A stretch of DNA of 64,000 nt from Candidatus Sericytochromatia bacterium (GCA_036676985.1 JAKFBU010000027.1:96001-160000), one strand, 5' to 3'; shown: positions 28,104 to 37,822, numbered from the stretch's first letter. Translations and numbers: made by a program. The notes: generated by a model from the letters alone, not told the origin.

Positions 28104-28223
28104 CCTGAAAAAGAAGTCGAGGCGGCGCGTTGCCGCGCGCCGCCTCGTCACTGGTCCGAAGGGATTGGGTTGCCGCCCTCCCGTCGGAAGATCCCCCTGC
28201 CTGGAAAGCGAAAGGAGACCATT

Positions 28224-28460
28224 GTGAGACAGCATACCTCCCGCCGCGCTGCGGCGTCCACCCCCGACTACGACTACTATCGCAGGCTCTACGCCCACAC
28301 CTGGAAACCCGGCTGCAAGCGGGTCGAGTGGGTCATGTCGCTCTTGCAGGAGCGCGGCATTGCCTGCGAGGCGGACGGGTTCATGGCCGATAGCGCCGGA
28401 TGGGCGACCGACCGACCGAGCGCCCGACACATCCCCGACATTCGCGTCCTGGCGTCGTAG
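28224..28460 (+). CDS. N-terminal half of a restriction-endonuclease-like fold (PD motif)
   Basis: AAAGGAG RBS, GTG start; WKPG..RVEWVMSLLQERG...HIPDIRV. Confidence 0.55.
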   Translation: MRQHTSRRAAASTPDYDYYRRLYAHTWKPGCKRVEWVMSLLQERGIACEADGFMADSAGWATDRPSARHIPDIRVLAS

Positions 28461-28470
28461 GAGGTTTGCT

Positions 28471-28845
28471 ATGTCGATCGCGCAGCGCCCGGCCATCCGG
28501 CTCGAAGTGACGGGCACGGACAGCCCGCACGTTCCCCTGCAGGCCCCGCTCTGGATCCTCGAGGGCAAGGCTCGCTATGCCGAGGAGCATCCGGACGAGG
28601 AGATCTACATCGTCCATGTGCTCGACACGCCCAAGCTCAAGCGCCCCATCATTCGAGCCTTGCCCGCCCGGGGGCTCCTGGGGCGTTACCCGGTCGAAGT
28701 GAAGCAGCCCTACGGCGCTCCCGAGCGCTATCTGGTCGTGCCCGTCACGGCCCCCGAGATCATGCGCGAAGAAGTGTTCTTGCGCCTGCTCCAGGAGCGC
28801 TCGGCACCCGTCGAGCGGCAGCTCTCCCTGTTCGACGTCGGCTAG
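28471..28845 (+). CDS. C-terminal half of a restriction-endonuclease-like fold (E-x-T motif)
   Basis: GGAGGT RBS; IRLEVTG...PLWILEGK...EIYIVHV; ends QLSLFDVG. Confidence 0.55.
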   Translation: MSIAQRPAIRLEVTGTDSPHVPLQAPLWILEGKARYAEEHPDEEIYIVHVLDTPKLKRPIIRALPARGLLGRYPVEVKQPYGAPERYLVVPVTAPEIMREEVFLRLLQERSAPVERQLSLFDVG

Positions 28846-28930
28846 CGGGGGTCATGTTGCGAGCAGTTGAGGTTCGAGCGCCCGTACGCCATAATGTGGG
28901 GGCATCCCGTTCGTGTCAGAGGAGGCGGCC

Positions 28931-29425
28931 TTGAGCGATCACGTCCAGATGAGCGAGAAGACCATGGGCATCGCCCGGATCATCGATCAGATCCCCATCT
29001 TTTCAGACCTGTCCACCGCCGAAGTCGACCAGCTGGCCTCCTATTTCCGCCTCAAGAAGTGGGCGGCGGGCGAGACCATCTTCAACGAGGGCGAGAACAG
29101 CCACGACCTGATCTTCGTCATCACCGGGACGGTCTCCATCCGCAAGAAGGACAAGGCCTCTCAGCAAAAGGAGATCGCCAAGCTCGAGGGCAAGAACGTC
29201 CTCGGCGAGGCCGCCTTCGTCGACAAGAGCTTGCGATCGGCGACGGCCGTGGCGGTGACGGAATCGACCGGCATCGCCATGAGCCAGGATCACCTGGATT
29301 CCATCTGCGACTTCAACCCGGCGCTTGCCATCAAGCTCCTCAAGAAGATCAACCGCCTCCTGTCCCTCAAGCTGCGCAAGACCAGCAAGGAATTCGCCGA
29401 AGTCGCCTCGGCAGTGGACCAGTAG
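28931..29425 (+). CDS. Cyclic-nucleotide-binding domain protein
   Basis: IPIFSDL, GETIFNEGE, LGEAAFVD, RSATAVA; GAGGAGG RBS before TTG. Confidence 0.9.
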   Translation: MSDHVQMSEKTMGIARIIDQIPIFSDLSTAEVDQLASYFRLKKWAAGETIFNEGENSHDLIFVITGTVSIRKKDKASQQKEIAKLEGKNVLGEAAFVDKSLRSATAVAVTESTGIAMSQDHLDSICDFNPALAIKLLKKINRLLSLKLRKTSKEFAEVASAVDQ

Positions 29426-29430
29426 GCTCC

Positions 29431-30210
29431 ATGGCGGACGTTCGATTGGACGTACAGGACGGCATCGCCGTCCTGACGCTCGCCAGGCCCGACAAGCTCA
29501 ACGCCCTCACCCATGCCATGGGAGACCTCGTCGTGGAGGCCGTCGCGGCGATCAACGCCGACTCGGGCGTTCGCGTGGTGCTGGTCCGGGGCGAGGGGCG
29601 CAGCTTCTCGGCCGGCGGGGACCTGGACTTCCTGCGGGAAAACGCTGCCCGCTCGGTCGACGAGAACACGGCGGGCATGCGCGCCTTTTACGAGAAGTTC
29701 CTCTCCCTGCGCCGCCTCACGGTGCCTTCCATCGCCGTCCTGCAGGGTCGGGCGACGGGGGCCGGGCTGACGCTCGCCCTGGGCTGCGACATGCGGGTCG
29801 CGGCGGACGATGCCGTCGTGGCGGCCAACTTCGTGAAGGTCGGGCTCAATCCCGGCATGGGCGGGACCTACCTCATCGAGCGGCTGGTCGGGTCGGGGCG
29901 GGCCGCGGAGCTCGTCTTCACGGGCCGCGACGTGCCCATGGGCGAAGCGCTCACCATCGGGCTCGTCAACCACGTGGTGCAGCCCGACCGGCTCGAGGAG
30001 ACGGCCTGGAAGCTTGCCCGCTCCATCGCGGCCAACGCGCCGGTGGCCGTGCGCCGCACCAAGGCCATCCTCAACCGTCAGGTGCGCGACCTCTCGGAGG
30101 CGCTGGACCTCGAGGCCGCGGGGCAGGCGGAGTGCTTCGCCTCGGCGGACCTCCTGGAAGGCATCCGCGCCATCCAGGAGCGCCGCAAGCCCGAGTTTAC
30201 TGGACGCTAG
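29431..30210 (+). CDS. Enoyl-CoA hydratase/isomerase
   Basis: RPDKLNAL, FSAGGDL, GAGLTLALGCD, FVKVGLNPGMG, ERRKPEFTGR. Confidence 0.93.
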   Translation: MADVRLDVQDGIAVLTLARPDKLNALTHAMGDLVVEAVAAINADSGVRVVLVRGEGRSFSAGGDLDFLRENAARSVDENTAGMRAFYEKFLSLRRLTVPSIAVLQGRATGAGLTLALGCDMRVAADDAVVAANFVKVGLNPGMGGTYLIERLVGSGRAAELVFTGRDVPMGEALTIGLVNHVVQPDRLEETAWKLARSIAANAPVAVRRTKAILNRQVRDLSEALDLEAAGQAECFASADLLEGIRAIQERRKPEFTGR

Positions 30211-30841
30211 GCGCGGGGCTCGGGAAGGGCGCCACGATCACCGGTCGGTTGGCAAGCTTGCCCAAGAGATCCAGCTGACGGCGGTGCTCCCGGTCCTCGC
30301 GGGCCTCCTCGGGATTGGTGAAGAGGACGGCGAGGGCCGTCATGACCTCCTCGGTCTGCTGCTTGCGATCGACCAGGCGATAGTGGTCCAGGAGCACCAG
30401 CACCTGGTCGCGCTCGGCGGCCCCGAGGTCGGTGCGCCAGGCGATCGTGACGAGCTCCTGCAGCGCGCGGCGCATCTGGGGGCCCGTCGGGGAGGCCTTC
30501 AGGGACGAGACGAGGAGCTTCTGCACCCGGAGGACCCAGCCCTTGAGGGGGGCTCCGCCGAAGGTCGCCTCGAGCTCGGGGGCCGCGTCCCCGGTGGGAT
30601 CGTCGAATCCCTGGGCGATGAAGCGCTCCAGGAGCGCATGCTCGCCCTTGTCGATGAGCAGATCGTTCTCGAGCGCCACGGCGACGAGCCGGTCGAGCTT
30701 CGCGTTGTCCAGCCTCTGATCGAGCACGAGGTCGGCATGCAGCCGGGTCAGCCTGTCGAGGTGCGGCGTGCGGGCCGCCTCGGCCGGATGGGCTGGTACC
30801 AGGAGCCCCATGACGAGGACCATGAGCAAACGGCGGGTCAT
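30197..30841 (-). CDS. Secreted helical hypothetical protein
   Basis: GAGGAGG RBS; signal peptide ending AEA. Confidence 0.65.
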   Translation of the reverse strand: MTRRLLMVLVMGLLVPAHPAEAARTPHLDRLTRLHADLVLDQRLDNAKLDRLVAVALENDLLIDKGEHALLERFIAQGFDDPTGDAAPELEATFGGAPLKGWVLRVQKLLVSSLKASPTGPQMRRALQELVTIAWRTDLGAAERDQVLVLLDHYRLVDRKQQTEEVMTALAVLFTNPEEAREDREHRRQLDLLGKLANRPVIVAPFPSPAPSVQ

Positions 30842-30930
30842 CGCACCTCCTCGGGGTCGTCGCCCCATGCCTAGCATACCCTACGGAAAGCCGGGCCATT
30901 CGGCGGTATAATGAGGCAGAGGATGACGCC

Positions 30931-31821
30931 GTGAACCTGAACGAAATGCGCACATTCACCGAGATCCTGCACCGCGGAAGCCTCACGGATGCGGGGCGGG
31001 CGCTCGGGCTGACCCAGTCGGGCGTGACCCGCCAGCTTCAGCGCCTGGAGCAGGACCTCGGCGTGTCGCTCTTGCGCCGTGACACCTCGCCGGTGACGGC
31101 CACGGTGGCGGGCGAGCGCTTCCTGGTCTTCGCCAACCAGGTGCTCCGCGAATACGAGGCCATGCGCCAGGAGCTCGAGGTCGAATCCCAGTACCCGGCC
31201 CTCATGATCGCGGCCAGCACCACACCGGGCGAGTTTTTGGTGCCGAGCCTGCTCGCGGATCTGATCAAGAGCTACCCGGGCTGGCGGATCAGCGTGAGCA
31301 TCACGGACTCGGCGCAGGTCATGGACCAGGTGGAGCGTGGGACGGTCACGCTGGGCTTCGTCGGGTCCATTGCCGACCGGCCCTCGTTGCGCTTCGTGCC
31401 GTTCATCCGGGACGAGCTCGTGGTGGCGGTACGCGGCGACCATCCGCTCGGCCAGCGCGAGGCGATCGCCCTCGAGGAGCTGTCGCGCTATCCCTTCGTC
31501 CTGCGCGAGGAGGGATCCGGCACCCTCTACAGCCTGCAGCACCTCCTGATGGACCAGGAGCGGACCCTGCCGCGGCTCAACGTGGTGGCCACCCTCGGCA
31601 GCACCCAGGCCGTCCTGTCGGCCATCCTCGCCGGAGCGGGGATTGGCTTCGTGTCGTCGCGATCGCTCGCTCCTTATGCCTCCGGGCGCCTCAAGGCCGT
31701 CCGCATCCTCGGCCTTCCGCTCTGGCGGCAACTGTACCTCGTTCACCGTCAGAGCGAGCTTCGAACCCAGGCCGTGGCCCGTTTCACCAAGGCGGCCATG
31801 TCTTGGGCCGCTTACCAGTAG
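30931..31821 (+). CDS. LysR regulator (CysL-like)
   Basis: GSLTDAGRALGLTQSGVTRQLQRLE; IAASTTPGEF; REEGSGT. Confidence 0.93.
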   Translation: MNLNEMRTFTEILHRGSLTDAGRALGLTQSGVTRQLQRLEQDLGVSLLRRDTSPVTATVAGERFLVFANQVLREYEAMRQELEVESQYPALMIAASTTPGEFLVPSLLADLIKSYPGWRISVSITDSAQVMDQVERGTVTLGFVGSIADRPSLRFVPFIRDELVVAVRGDHPLGQREAIALEELSRYPFVLREEGSGTLYSLQHLLMDQERTLPRLNVVATLGSTQAVLSAILAGAGIGFVSSRSLAPYASGRLKAVRILGLPLWRQLYLVHRQSELRTQAVARFTKAAMSWAAYQ

Positions 31822-31889
31822 CTGCCTTTTGCCAACCGAGCGTCCCGACGCGTAGAATGGGCTGCCGCCCCCTCGCCAGGAGACCTGCC

Positions 31890-34250
31890 ATGCGCTGCCG
31901 TCGAATCGCTGTCCTGTTGGCACCCCTCATCGCCCTGCCCGCCCATGCCGCCGTTCCGACGGACATGGGCGTGATCCCGTCCGCGGCACTAGCGGACGAC
32001 GCCTCCGCCCTCATCATCAATCCGGCGGGCCTGGGCGCGAGCGCCGGGGCGACGACCATGCTCACCCAGCAGGGCTGGGCCTCGGGCACCAGCCGCATCC
32101 TCCTGAACGCAGGCTCCCTGGGCTTGGGCTACAGCAACATCAACCAGGGCACCTCCTCCAACGATTACACGCTCGGCCTCGGGTTCGCGCTCACGGACAG
32201 CTGGCGCTGGGGCATGAGCTATCACTTGCCCGCCGAGGGCCGGCCCTGGAGCTACGACCTCGGTGTCCTCGCCCGCCCGATGAACTACCTGGCGCTCGGG
32301 GCCACCGTCCGCAACGTCTTTGCCACCCCCGGGGCCTTCGGCTCCTCGGGGCGCGATTACCAGTTGGGGGCGGCCTTCCGCCCGTTCGGTCCACGCTGGA
32401 CGCTGAGCCTGGATTTGCCCTACAACGACGCCCAGCCCTTCGGCTGGACGACTCTGCAGCCCTTCGTCGGCCTCGACGCCGAGATCATCGAAGGCCTGCA
32501 CCTCAGGGGTTGGGCCGACACGGCAGGGAGCTTCCAGGTGGGCGTGGCCGTCCACTCGTTCCAGCTCGGAGCGGGCGTTATGGGCACGGCGAGCCAGGCG
32601 GGCGGCTACCTTCGCCTGTCGGCCGTCCGCGAGCGCTCGGCCATCGGCGCCCATGGCACGCAATGGGCCAAGCTCGACCTCGCCCAGGCGCTCAGCATTT
32701 CTCAAGACGGGGGCCTCATCGGTCCCACGCAGGACGTACCGACGGTCTATCCGGTCCTGCAGGCCATCGCCGATGCGCAAAAGGATCCGCAGGTCGGTGC
32801 CCTGGTCTTGAAGCTCGGACCCACGAGCGCCGGCTGGGCCACCCTCGAAGAGGTACGCGCGGCGCTCGTGCGCTTCAAGCAATCGGGCAAGCCCGTCTGG
32901 GCCTACATGGAGGACGGGGACTTCGCGAGCTACTACGTGGCGAGCGCGGCCGACCGCGTCTTCATGAACCCGCTGGGCAGCGTGGACTTTTCGGGCATCC
33001 ACCACACCTACACCTACTTCAAGGGGCTCCTGGGCAACCTGGGCATCGAGCCTCAGTTCATCGCCATGGGCCGCTACAAGACGGCCATGGAGGGGTTCGA
33101 GCGCACGGATCCGAGCCCCGCCCAGCGCGAGCAGGGACAGGCCATGCTCGATGACCAGTACCACCGCGTGGTGGCCGCCGTCGCGGCCGCCCGCAAGCTG
33201 CCCGTCGAACAGGTCCGCTCCTTGGTCGCTCAGGCCCGCTTCGTTGCCCCCGAGGCCCAGGCGGCAGGCCTCGTGGACGAGATCGCCAACCGCGACCAGG
33301 TCCCCAAGCGCCTCGAGGAGGTGCAAGGCCGCAGCCTCAACTCCGTGAACGTCCTGAGGCTCCGCTACCGGACGGAGGCCTGGGCGCCGCCCAAGGTCGC
33401 CATCGTGCATGCGGCCGGCAGCATCGCCGAGGGCCGCAGTGGCAACGACCTGCTGCAGGGAGCGCAACTCGGCGCCGAAACCATCGCCGACGCCCTGCGC
33501 GAGGTTCGCGAGGACGCGGGCATCAAGGCCGTCGTCTTCCGGGTGGACAGCCCCGGCGGATCGGCCATGGCCTCGGAGGTCATGCGCCGGGAGCTCGAGC
33601 TCTTGGCCCAAAAGAAGCCGGTCGTCGTCTCCATGGGAGACGTGGCGGCCTCGGGCGGCTACTGGGTCGCCATGATCCCAAAGACCACGGTCTTCGCCGA
33701 CCCTGGGACCATCACGGGGTCCATCGGCGTCATCGTGGGCAAGTTCAACATCAACGGCCTCCTGACCAAGTGGGGCATCACCAACACCACCCTCAAGCAG
33801 GGACCGCACGCCGACATGGACAGCGCCGTCCGTCCCTTCACGCCCGAAGAGGAGGCCAAGCTCCGGGCATCCGGCGAGTTCTACTACGGCCGCTTCGTGA
33901 GCCTGGTGGCGACCCACCGGGACCTCTCGGAAGGTAGGGTGCGGGAGCTCGCGAGCGGACGCGTCTACACCGGGGCCATGGCCCAGAAGCTAGGCCTCGT
34001 GGACAAGCTAGCCGGCCTCGACGAGGCCCTCATGGAGGCCAGGCAACGGGCGGGACTCGCCAACGAGGAGGTCAAGCTCGCCTTCTATCCCGAGGTGAAC
34101 CCCTTCTCGGCCATCCTCGACGACACGAACGGCGGCCTGCGCTTGAAGACGGATCTCTCGATCGCCCAGGAGCTCCGTGAGTCGGTGGATCGGCTGGGTC
34201 CTTGGGGGCAGAATCGGGTCTGGCTCTTGCCCGGCCCACAGGAGGAGTAG
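31890..34250 (+). CDS. sppA: Signal peptide peptidase SppA (two S49 domains) with N-terminal beta-rich domain
   Basis: YYVASAAD, GRYKTA, RVDSPGGS, SMGDVAASGGY, TITGSIGV, GLVDKLAG. Confidence 0.9.
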   Translation: MRCRRIAVLLAPLIALPAHAAVPTDMGVIPSAALADDASALIINPAGLGASAGATTMLTQQGWASGTSRILLNAGSLGLGYSNINQGTSSNDYTLGLGFALTDSWRWGMSYHLPAEGRPWSYDLGVLARPMNYLALGATVRNVFATPGAFGSSGRDYQLGAAFRPFGPRWTLSLDLPYNDAQPFGWTTLQPFVGLDAEIIEGLHLRGWADTAGSFQVGVAVHSFQLGAGVMGTASQAGGYLRLSAVRERSAIGAHGTQWAKLDLAQALSISQDGGLIGPTQDVPTVYPVLQAIADAQKDPQVGALVLKLGPTSAGWATLEEVRAALVRFKQSGKPVWAYMEDGDFASYYVASAADRVFMNPLGSVDFSGIHHTYTYFKGLLGNLGIEPQFIAMGRYKTAMEGFERTDPSPAQREQGQAMLDDQYHRVVAAVAAARKLPVEQVRSLVAQARFVAPEAQAAGLVDEIANRDQVPKRLEEVQGRSLNSVNVLRLRYRTEAWAPPKVAIVHAAGSIAEGRSGNDLLQGAQLGAETIADALREVREDAGIKAVVFRVDSPGGSAMASEVMRRELELLAQKKPVVVSMGDVAASGGYWVAMIPKTTVFADPGTITGSIGVIVGKFNINGLLTKWGITNTTLKQGPHADMDSAVRPFTPEEEAKLRASGEFYYGRFVSLVATHRDLSEGRVRELASGRVYTGAMAQKLGLVDKLAGLDEALMEARQRAGLANEEVKLAFYPEVNPFSAILDDTNGGLRLKTDLSIAQELRESVDRLGPWGQNRVWLLPGPQEE

Positions 34251-34252
34251 CC

Positions 34253-34711
34253 ATGGAGTTGACGCCGCGGATCCTCGGGCTCGACGTGGGGACCAAGACC
34301 ATCGGGGTTGCCGTCAGCGATCCCCTCGGCCTGACCGCACAGCCCGTCGAGACGGTTCGACGCAAGGGGACGCAAGCCGACTTGGCCGAATTGCGGCGCC
34401 TCGTCGAGCTATACAACCCAGAACGGTTTGTGGTAGGCTATCCCCTGAGCATGAGCGGCCTCCCAGGCCCGCAGGCGCAGTTTGTCGAGGAGTTCGTCGA
34501 GCACCTGCGCACCCTCGGACTTCCCGTGGACCTGGTGGACGAGCGGCTGACCACGAAGCAGGCCGCCAACGCCCTGATCGACAGCGGGATGCGCCGCGAC
34601 AAGCGCAAGGCGGTGATCGATCAGCAGGCGGCCCTCTTGATCCTGCAGGGGTACCTCGATCGCCTGAAGCGCTCGACCGAGCCGACTCGGTCACCCCGGG
34701 ATGATGCATGA
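34253..34711 (+). CDS. ruvX: YqgF/RuvX pre-16S rRNA nuclease
   Basis: ILGLDVGTKTIGVAVSD, VGYP, DERLTT, IDQQAALLILQGYL. Confidence 0.95.
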   Translation: MELTPRILGLDVGTKTIGVAVSDPLGLTAQPVETVRRKGTQADLAELRRLVELYNPERFVVGYPLSMSGLPGPQAQFVEEFVEHLRTLGLPVDLVDERLTTKQAANALIDSGMRRDKRKAVIDQQAALLILQGYLDRLKRSTEPTRSPRDDA

Positions 34712-34770
34712 CACGGCGCCCGTGGCGGCAAGCGACAGCTTGCGGCCACATCGATGAAAGGACCTTAGAC

Positions 34771-35037
34771 ATGGAAGAAGCCAAGGAAGACATCGTCACC
34801 CTGGTCGACGAGGACGGCAACGAGCACGAGTTCGCGGTGGTCGACATCATCGAGGTCGACGACAAGGAGTACGCCCTCCTGATGCCCGCCGAGGGCGAGG
34901 CCGAGGGTGACGAGGACAGCGAGGACGTGCTCGTCCTGCGCTTCGAGGATGACTCCCTGGTCATGATCGAGGACGAGGCCGAGTTCAACAAGGTCGTCAA
35001 GTACCTCGAGGAGCTCGGCGAGCAGGTCGAGGGCTAA
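34771..35037 (+). CDS. DUF1292-like acidic protein
   Basis: IVTLVDEDGNEHEF...EYALL...IEDEAEFNKV; follows ruvX. Confidence 0.85.
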   Translation: MEEAKEDIVTLVDEDGNEHEFAVVDIIEVDDKEYALLMPAEGEAEGDEDSEDVLVLRFEDDSLVMIEDEAEFNKVVKYLEELGEQVEG

Positions 35038-35212
35038 CCTCGGTCGATCCCCGAAAAGCCGCCGGCGTCACCGCTTCCGGCCCCGCCGGAGGCGGGCCGG
35101 AGCCGTTAACGGTCGGCGGTTTGTGCTTGCCGCTTTAGATCGGTGGCGCCGGGGGGTATAGCATGCACACGCGTCCGTCACCATGTCGAGAATTCGGACG
35201 CAAGGAGGATCG

Positions 35213-36286
35213 GTGCCCAAGCGCGACGAAGAACTGGAGTACGAGTACGACGAAGAGGCCGAAGGCTTCGACGAGGACGAGTACGAGGACGAAGAAGCCT
35301 ACGCGGACGACGACGAGTACGAGGAGGACGACGAGGACTCCGAGTACGAGGACGACGAGTACGAAGACGAGGAAGAAGGCTCCGGCGGCGGCTGGATGAA
35401 GAAGGCCGCGTTCGCCGTGGCCGGCCTCCTGGTCCTCGGCGGTGGAGCGTACGCCTACCTACAGGGTATGCTGCCCTTCTCGCCCAAGCCTGAGGTCGCT
35501 CAGGAGGTCGTTCAGCCTGCGGGCGGGTTCGCCAACCCCAACGGCATGGGCAAGATCGCGCCGACTCCGGGCCTGCCCGCGGTCGATCAGGCCGTTCCCA
35601 AGGAGCCGCCCGTCGCGGAAGCCCCCAAGGAAGAGCCCGCCAAGCCGGTCGAGGCCGCCAAGGAGCCGGCGCCGGTTCAGGAGGCCAAGGTCGCCGCGAA
35701 CCAGCCCGCCAAGCCTGCGGCGAAGCCCGCCGTCAAGCCGGTCCAGAAGGCCGTGGCCAAGGCGGCTCCCAAGCCGGTCGAAAAGCCCGTCGTGAAGCCC
35801 GCGGTCGCCGCGGCTCCCAGCGGGAAGGGTGCCTTCTCGGTCCAGTGCGGCGCCTTCGCGTCGCCCACCAATGCGGACAACCTGGTCCGGGCGCTTGGAG
35901 CCAAGGGGTTCCAGGCCTGGGTCTCGAACGGTGCGAACCAGAGCTCGGGCGCCTATTCCATCCGAACGACGGTGGTCAACTCGGCCGCCAAGGCCGAGGA
36001 GTTGAAGGCCAAGTTCGCGAGTGCCGGTCATCCGGGCGCCGTCGTTCCGGCGGGACGCGGTCGCTATGTCCTCCAGCTCGGCATCTTCTCCCAGCGCGCC
36101 CGCGCCGAGGCGCTCGCCGGCGAGATGCGGTCCAAGGGACTCTTCGTCTCGGTCTCGGGCGGCAAGGCCAAGCTCCGCACAGCGAACAAGGTCTACGTCG
36201 GCAAGTTCGCGAGCCAGGCGCAGGCCGCGGCCGCGGCCGCCAAGGTGCGCCAGCAGGGCGTGCCCGCGATCGTCGTTCACCTCTAA
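35213..36286 (+). CDS. SPOR-domain protein with acidic cytoplasmic tail, TM and Pro/Ala/Lys linker
   Basis: FSVQCGAFAS, YVLQLGIFSQ, KVYVGKFAS; D/E/Y-rich N-terminus. Confidence 0.85.
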   Translation: MPKRDEELEYEYDEEAEGFDEDEYEDEEAYADDDEYEEDDEDSEYEDDEYEDEEEGSGGGWMKKAAFAVAGLLVLGGGAYAYLQGMLPFSPKPEVAQEVVQPAGGFANPNGMGKIAPTPGLPAVDQAVPKEPPVAEAPKEEPAKPVEAAKEPAPVQEAKVAANQPAKPAAKPAVKPVQKAVAKAAPKPVEKPVVKPAVAAAPSGKGAFSVQCGAFASPTNADNLVRALGAKGFQAWVSNGANQSSGAYSIRTTVVNSAAKAEELKAKFASAGHPGAVVPAGRGRYVLQLGIFSQRARAEALAGEMRSKGLFVSVSGGKAKLRTANKVYVGKFASQAQAAAAAAKVRQQGVPAIVVHL

Positions 36287-36302
36287 CCCCGCTCTACGGA
36301 CG

Positions 36303-37181
36303 TCAGGGTCGTTCCACGCAGACCGAAAGGCTGCGCGGGACGACCTTGAAGTTTAGGGGCGAGCGAAACCACCGGGTCTCTCCGTCCACGTTGAGGAGCA
36401 CCCGGCCCTTGCCCACCACGCCGAGCCGATCGGTCCGGAAGTTTCGGCTGCCGAGGCGCTCGAACAGGGTCTGTCCCGGCGTGGCCGCCCCTCTGGCCAG
36501 ATTGCGCACCCCGGGCTCGATGAGCACCACGTCCAGGAGGCCGTCGTCGAAGCTGGCCTCGCTGGTGACCCGGAACCCGCCCCCGAAGCAGCACCCGTTG
36601 GCAATGGTGACCTGGTAGGCCTCGACCTGCTCGCAGGTCGTCGCGAGGCAGACGGTGACGGGCACCACGCGACGCTGCCCGATCCGGGTGACGACCTCTA
36701 CCGCGTAGGCCCAGCGTCCCCAGCGTCGCTTGCGATCCCGGGAGATGCCGTCAGCCACCTCTGCGCTCAGGCCCAGGCTCGCCACGTTCAGGAAGTACCG
36801 CCCGTTCACCCACCCCAGGTCGAGCCGCTCCGAGTAGCCGCCATGCACGATTTCCAGGGCCGCCTCCACGTCCAGAGGCAGGCCGATGGAGCGGGCGAAG
36901 TCGTTGGCCGACCCGCAGGGGATGACGCCGAGCGTCGCCTGGGACCCGGCCATGCCGTTTACGACCAGGTGGAGCGTGCCGTCCCCGCCGGCCACGACCA
37001 CCCGCTCGCAGCCGGTTTGCACGGCCCGCCGCACGAACGAGATCGTGCGCTCCGAGGCGCAGGCGTGCCGCTCGACGTTCCAGCCCCAGGACTCCATGGT
37101 GCGGGCGATCGCCGCAGCCGAGCAGCGGCGGCCCATGGGCCCCGCGTGGGGGTTGTAAACGAGCAAGGCATTTCGACCCAT
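36303..37181 (-). CDS. Diacylglycerol kinase family lipid kinase (YegS/BmrU)
   Basis: NPHAG, AGGDGT, IPCGSANDFA, FGGG, DDGLLD, NVDGE. Confidence 0.92.
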   Translation of the reverse strand: MGRNALLVYNPHAGPMGRRCSAAAIARTMESWGWNVERHACASERTISFVRRAVQTGCERVVVAGGDGTLHLVVNGMAGSQATLGVIPCGSANDFARSIGLPLDVEAALEIVHGGYSERLDLGWVNGRYFLNVASLGLSAEVADGISRDRKRRWGRWAYAVEVVTRIGQRRVVPVTVCLATTCEQVEAYQVTIANGCCFGGGFRVTSEASFDDGLLDVVLIEPGVRNLARGAATPGQTLFERLGSRNFRTDRLGVVGKGRVLLNVDGETRWFRSPLNFKVVPRSLSVCVERP

Positions 37182-37302
37182 GGGGCACCTCTTCACGGAG
37201 CTTAACATACGAAGGGCTGAGGTGGCCCAGCGGTGCGGGTAAGCAGCCGTTAAGAGGCTGCAAAGCCAGTAATGGCGCGGGAGATACAGCTTAATGAAGG
37301 AG

Positions 37303-37332
37303 TTGACTGAGTAGAACAAGGTAAGGTAGGAT
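37303..37332 (+). promoter_or_regulatory. Sigma70-like promoter for zinc-ribbon gene
   Basis: TTGACT-N18-TAGGAT in an AT-rich intergenic region. Confidence 0.5.
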
Positions 37333-37474
37333 TGCTCCTAGTTCTTGTTTCTAGGGGTTTTCTGGCTGGTAACCAAGCTCTGGAAGTTCCGAAATCATCG
37401 CGTATCCACTTCGGGTCGGCAACGGTGGGCAAGAACTGGTGTTCCAGATCGTCACTTGGAGGATTCTGAAGACG

Positions 37475-37771
37475 ATGCAAGACAAGGTCATCAACTGCCG
37501 CGATTGCGGCGCCCAGTTCACCTTCACCGTTGGTGAGCAGGAGTTCTACGCCCAGAAGGGGTACACGAACGACCCGCAGCGCTGCCCCTCGTGCCGTGCG
37601 GCCCGCAAGGCCTCCACGGGCGGTGCGGCCACCGGCGCCCGGCCTCAGCGCGAGCTGTTCCCGGCCCAGTGCGCCGAGTGCGGCGTGGAGACGAAGGTTC
37701 CCTTCCGACCCACCCAGGGCAAGCCGGTCTACTGCTCGGACTGCTACCGCAAGGTCGCGCCCGCCCGCTAG
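37475..37771 (+). CDS. Zinc-ribbon / CxxC-x17-CxxC domain protein
   Basis: CRDCGAQFTFTVGEQEFY...PQRCPSCR; CAECG...PFRP...PVYCSDCY. Confidence 0.92.
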   Translation: MQDKVINCRDCGAQFTFTVGEQEFYAQKGYTNDPQRCPSCRAARKASTGGAATGARPQRELFPAQCAECGVETKVPFRPTQGKPVYCSDCYRKVAPAR

Positions 37772-37783
37772 GACCCGATTCCC

Positions 37784-37822
37784 AAAGAGCGCGCCGGACC
37801 CACGGGTCCGGCGCGCTCTTTT
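37784..37822 (+). terminator. Intrinsic terminator
   Basis: AAAGAGCGCGCCGGACC-CACG-GGTCCGGCGCGCTCTTTT. Confidence 0.88.

Noticed and set aside
35221-35380. GAC/GAG triplet repeats as a DNA repeat element
   Set aside because: Explained by the acidic protein tail.
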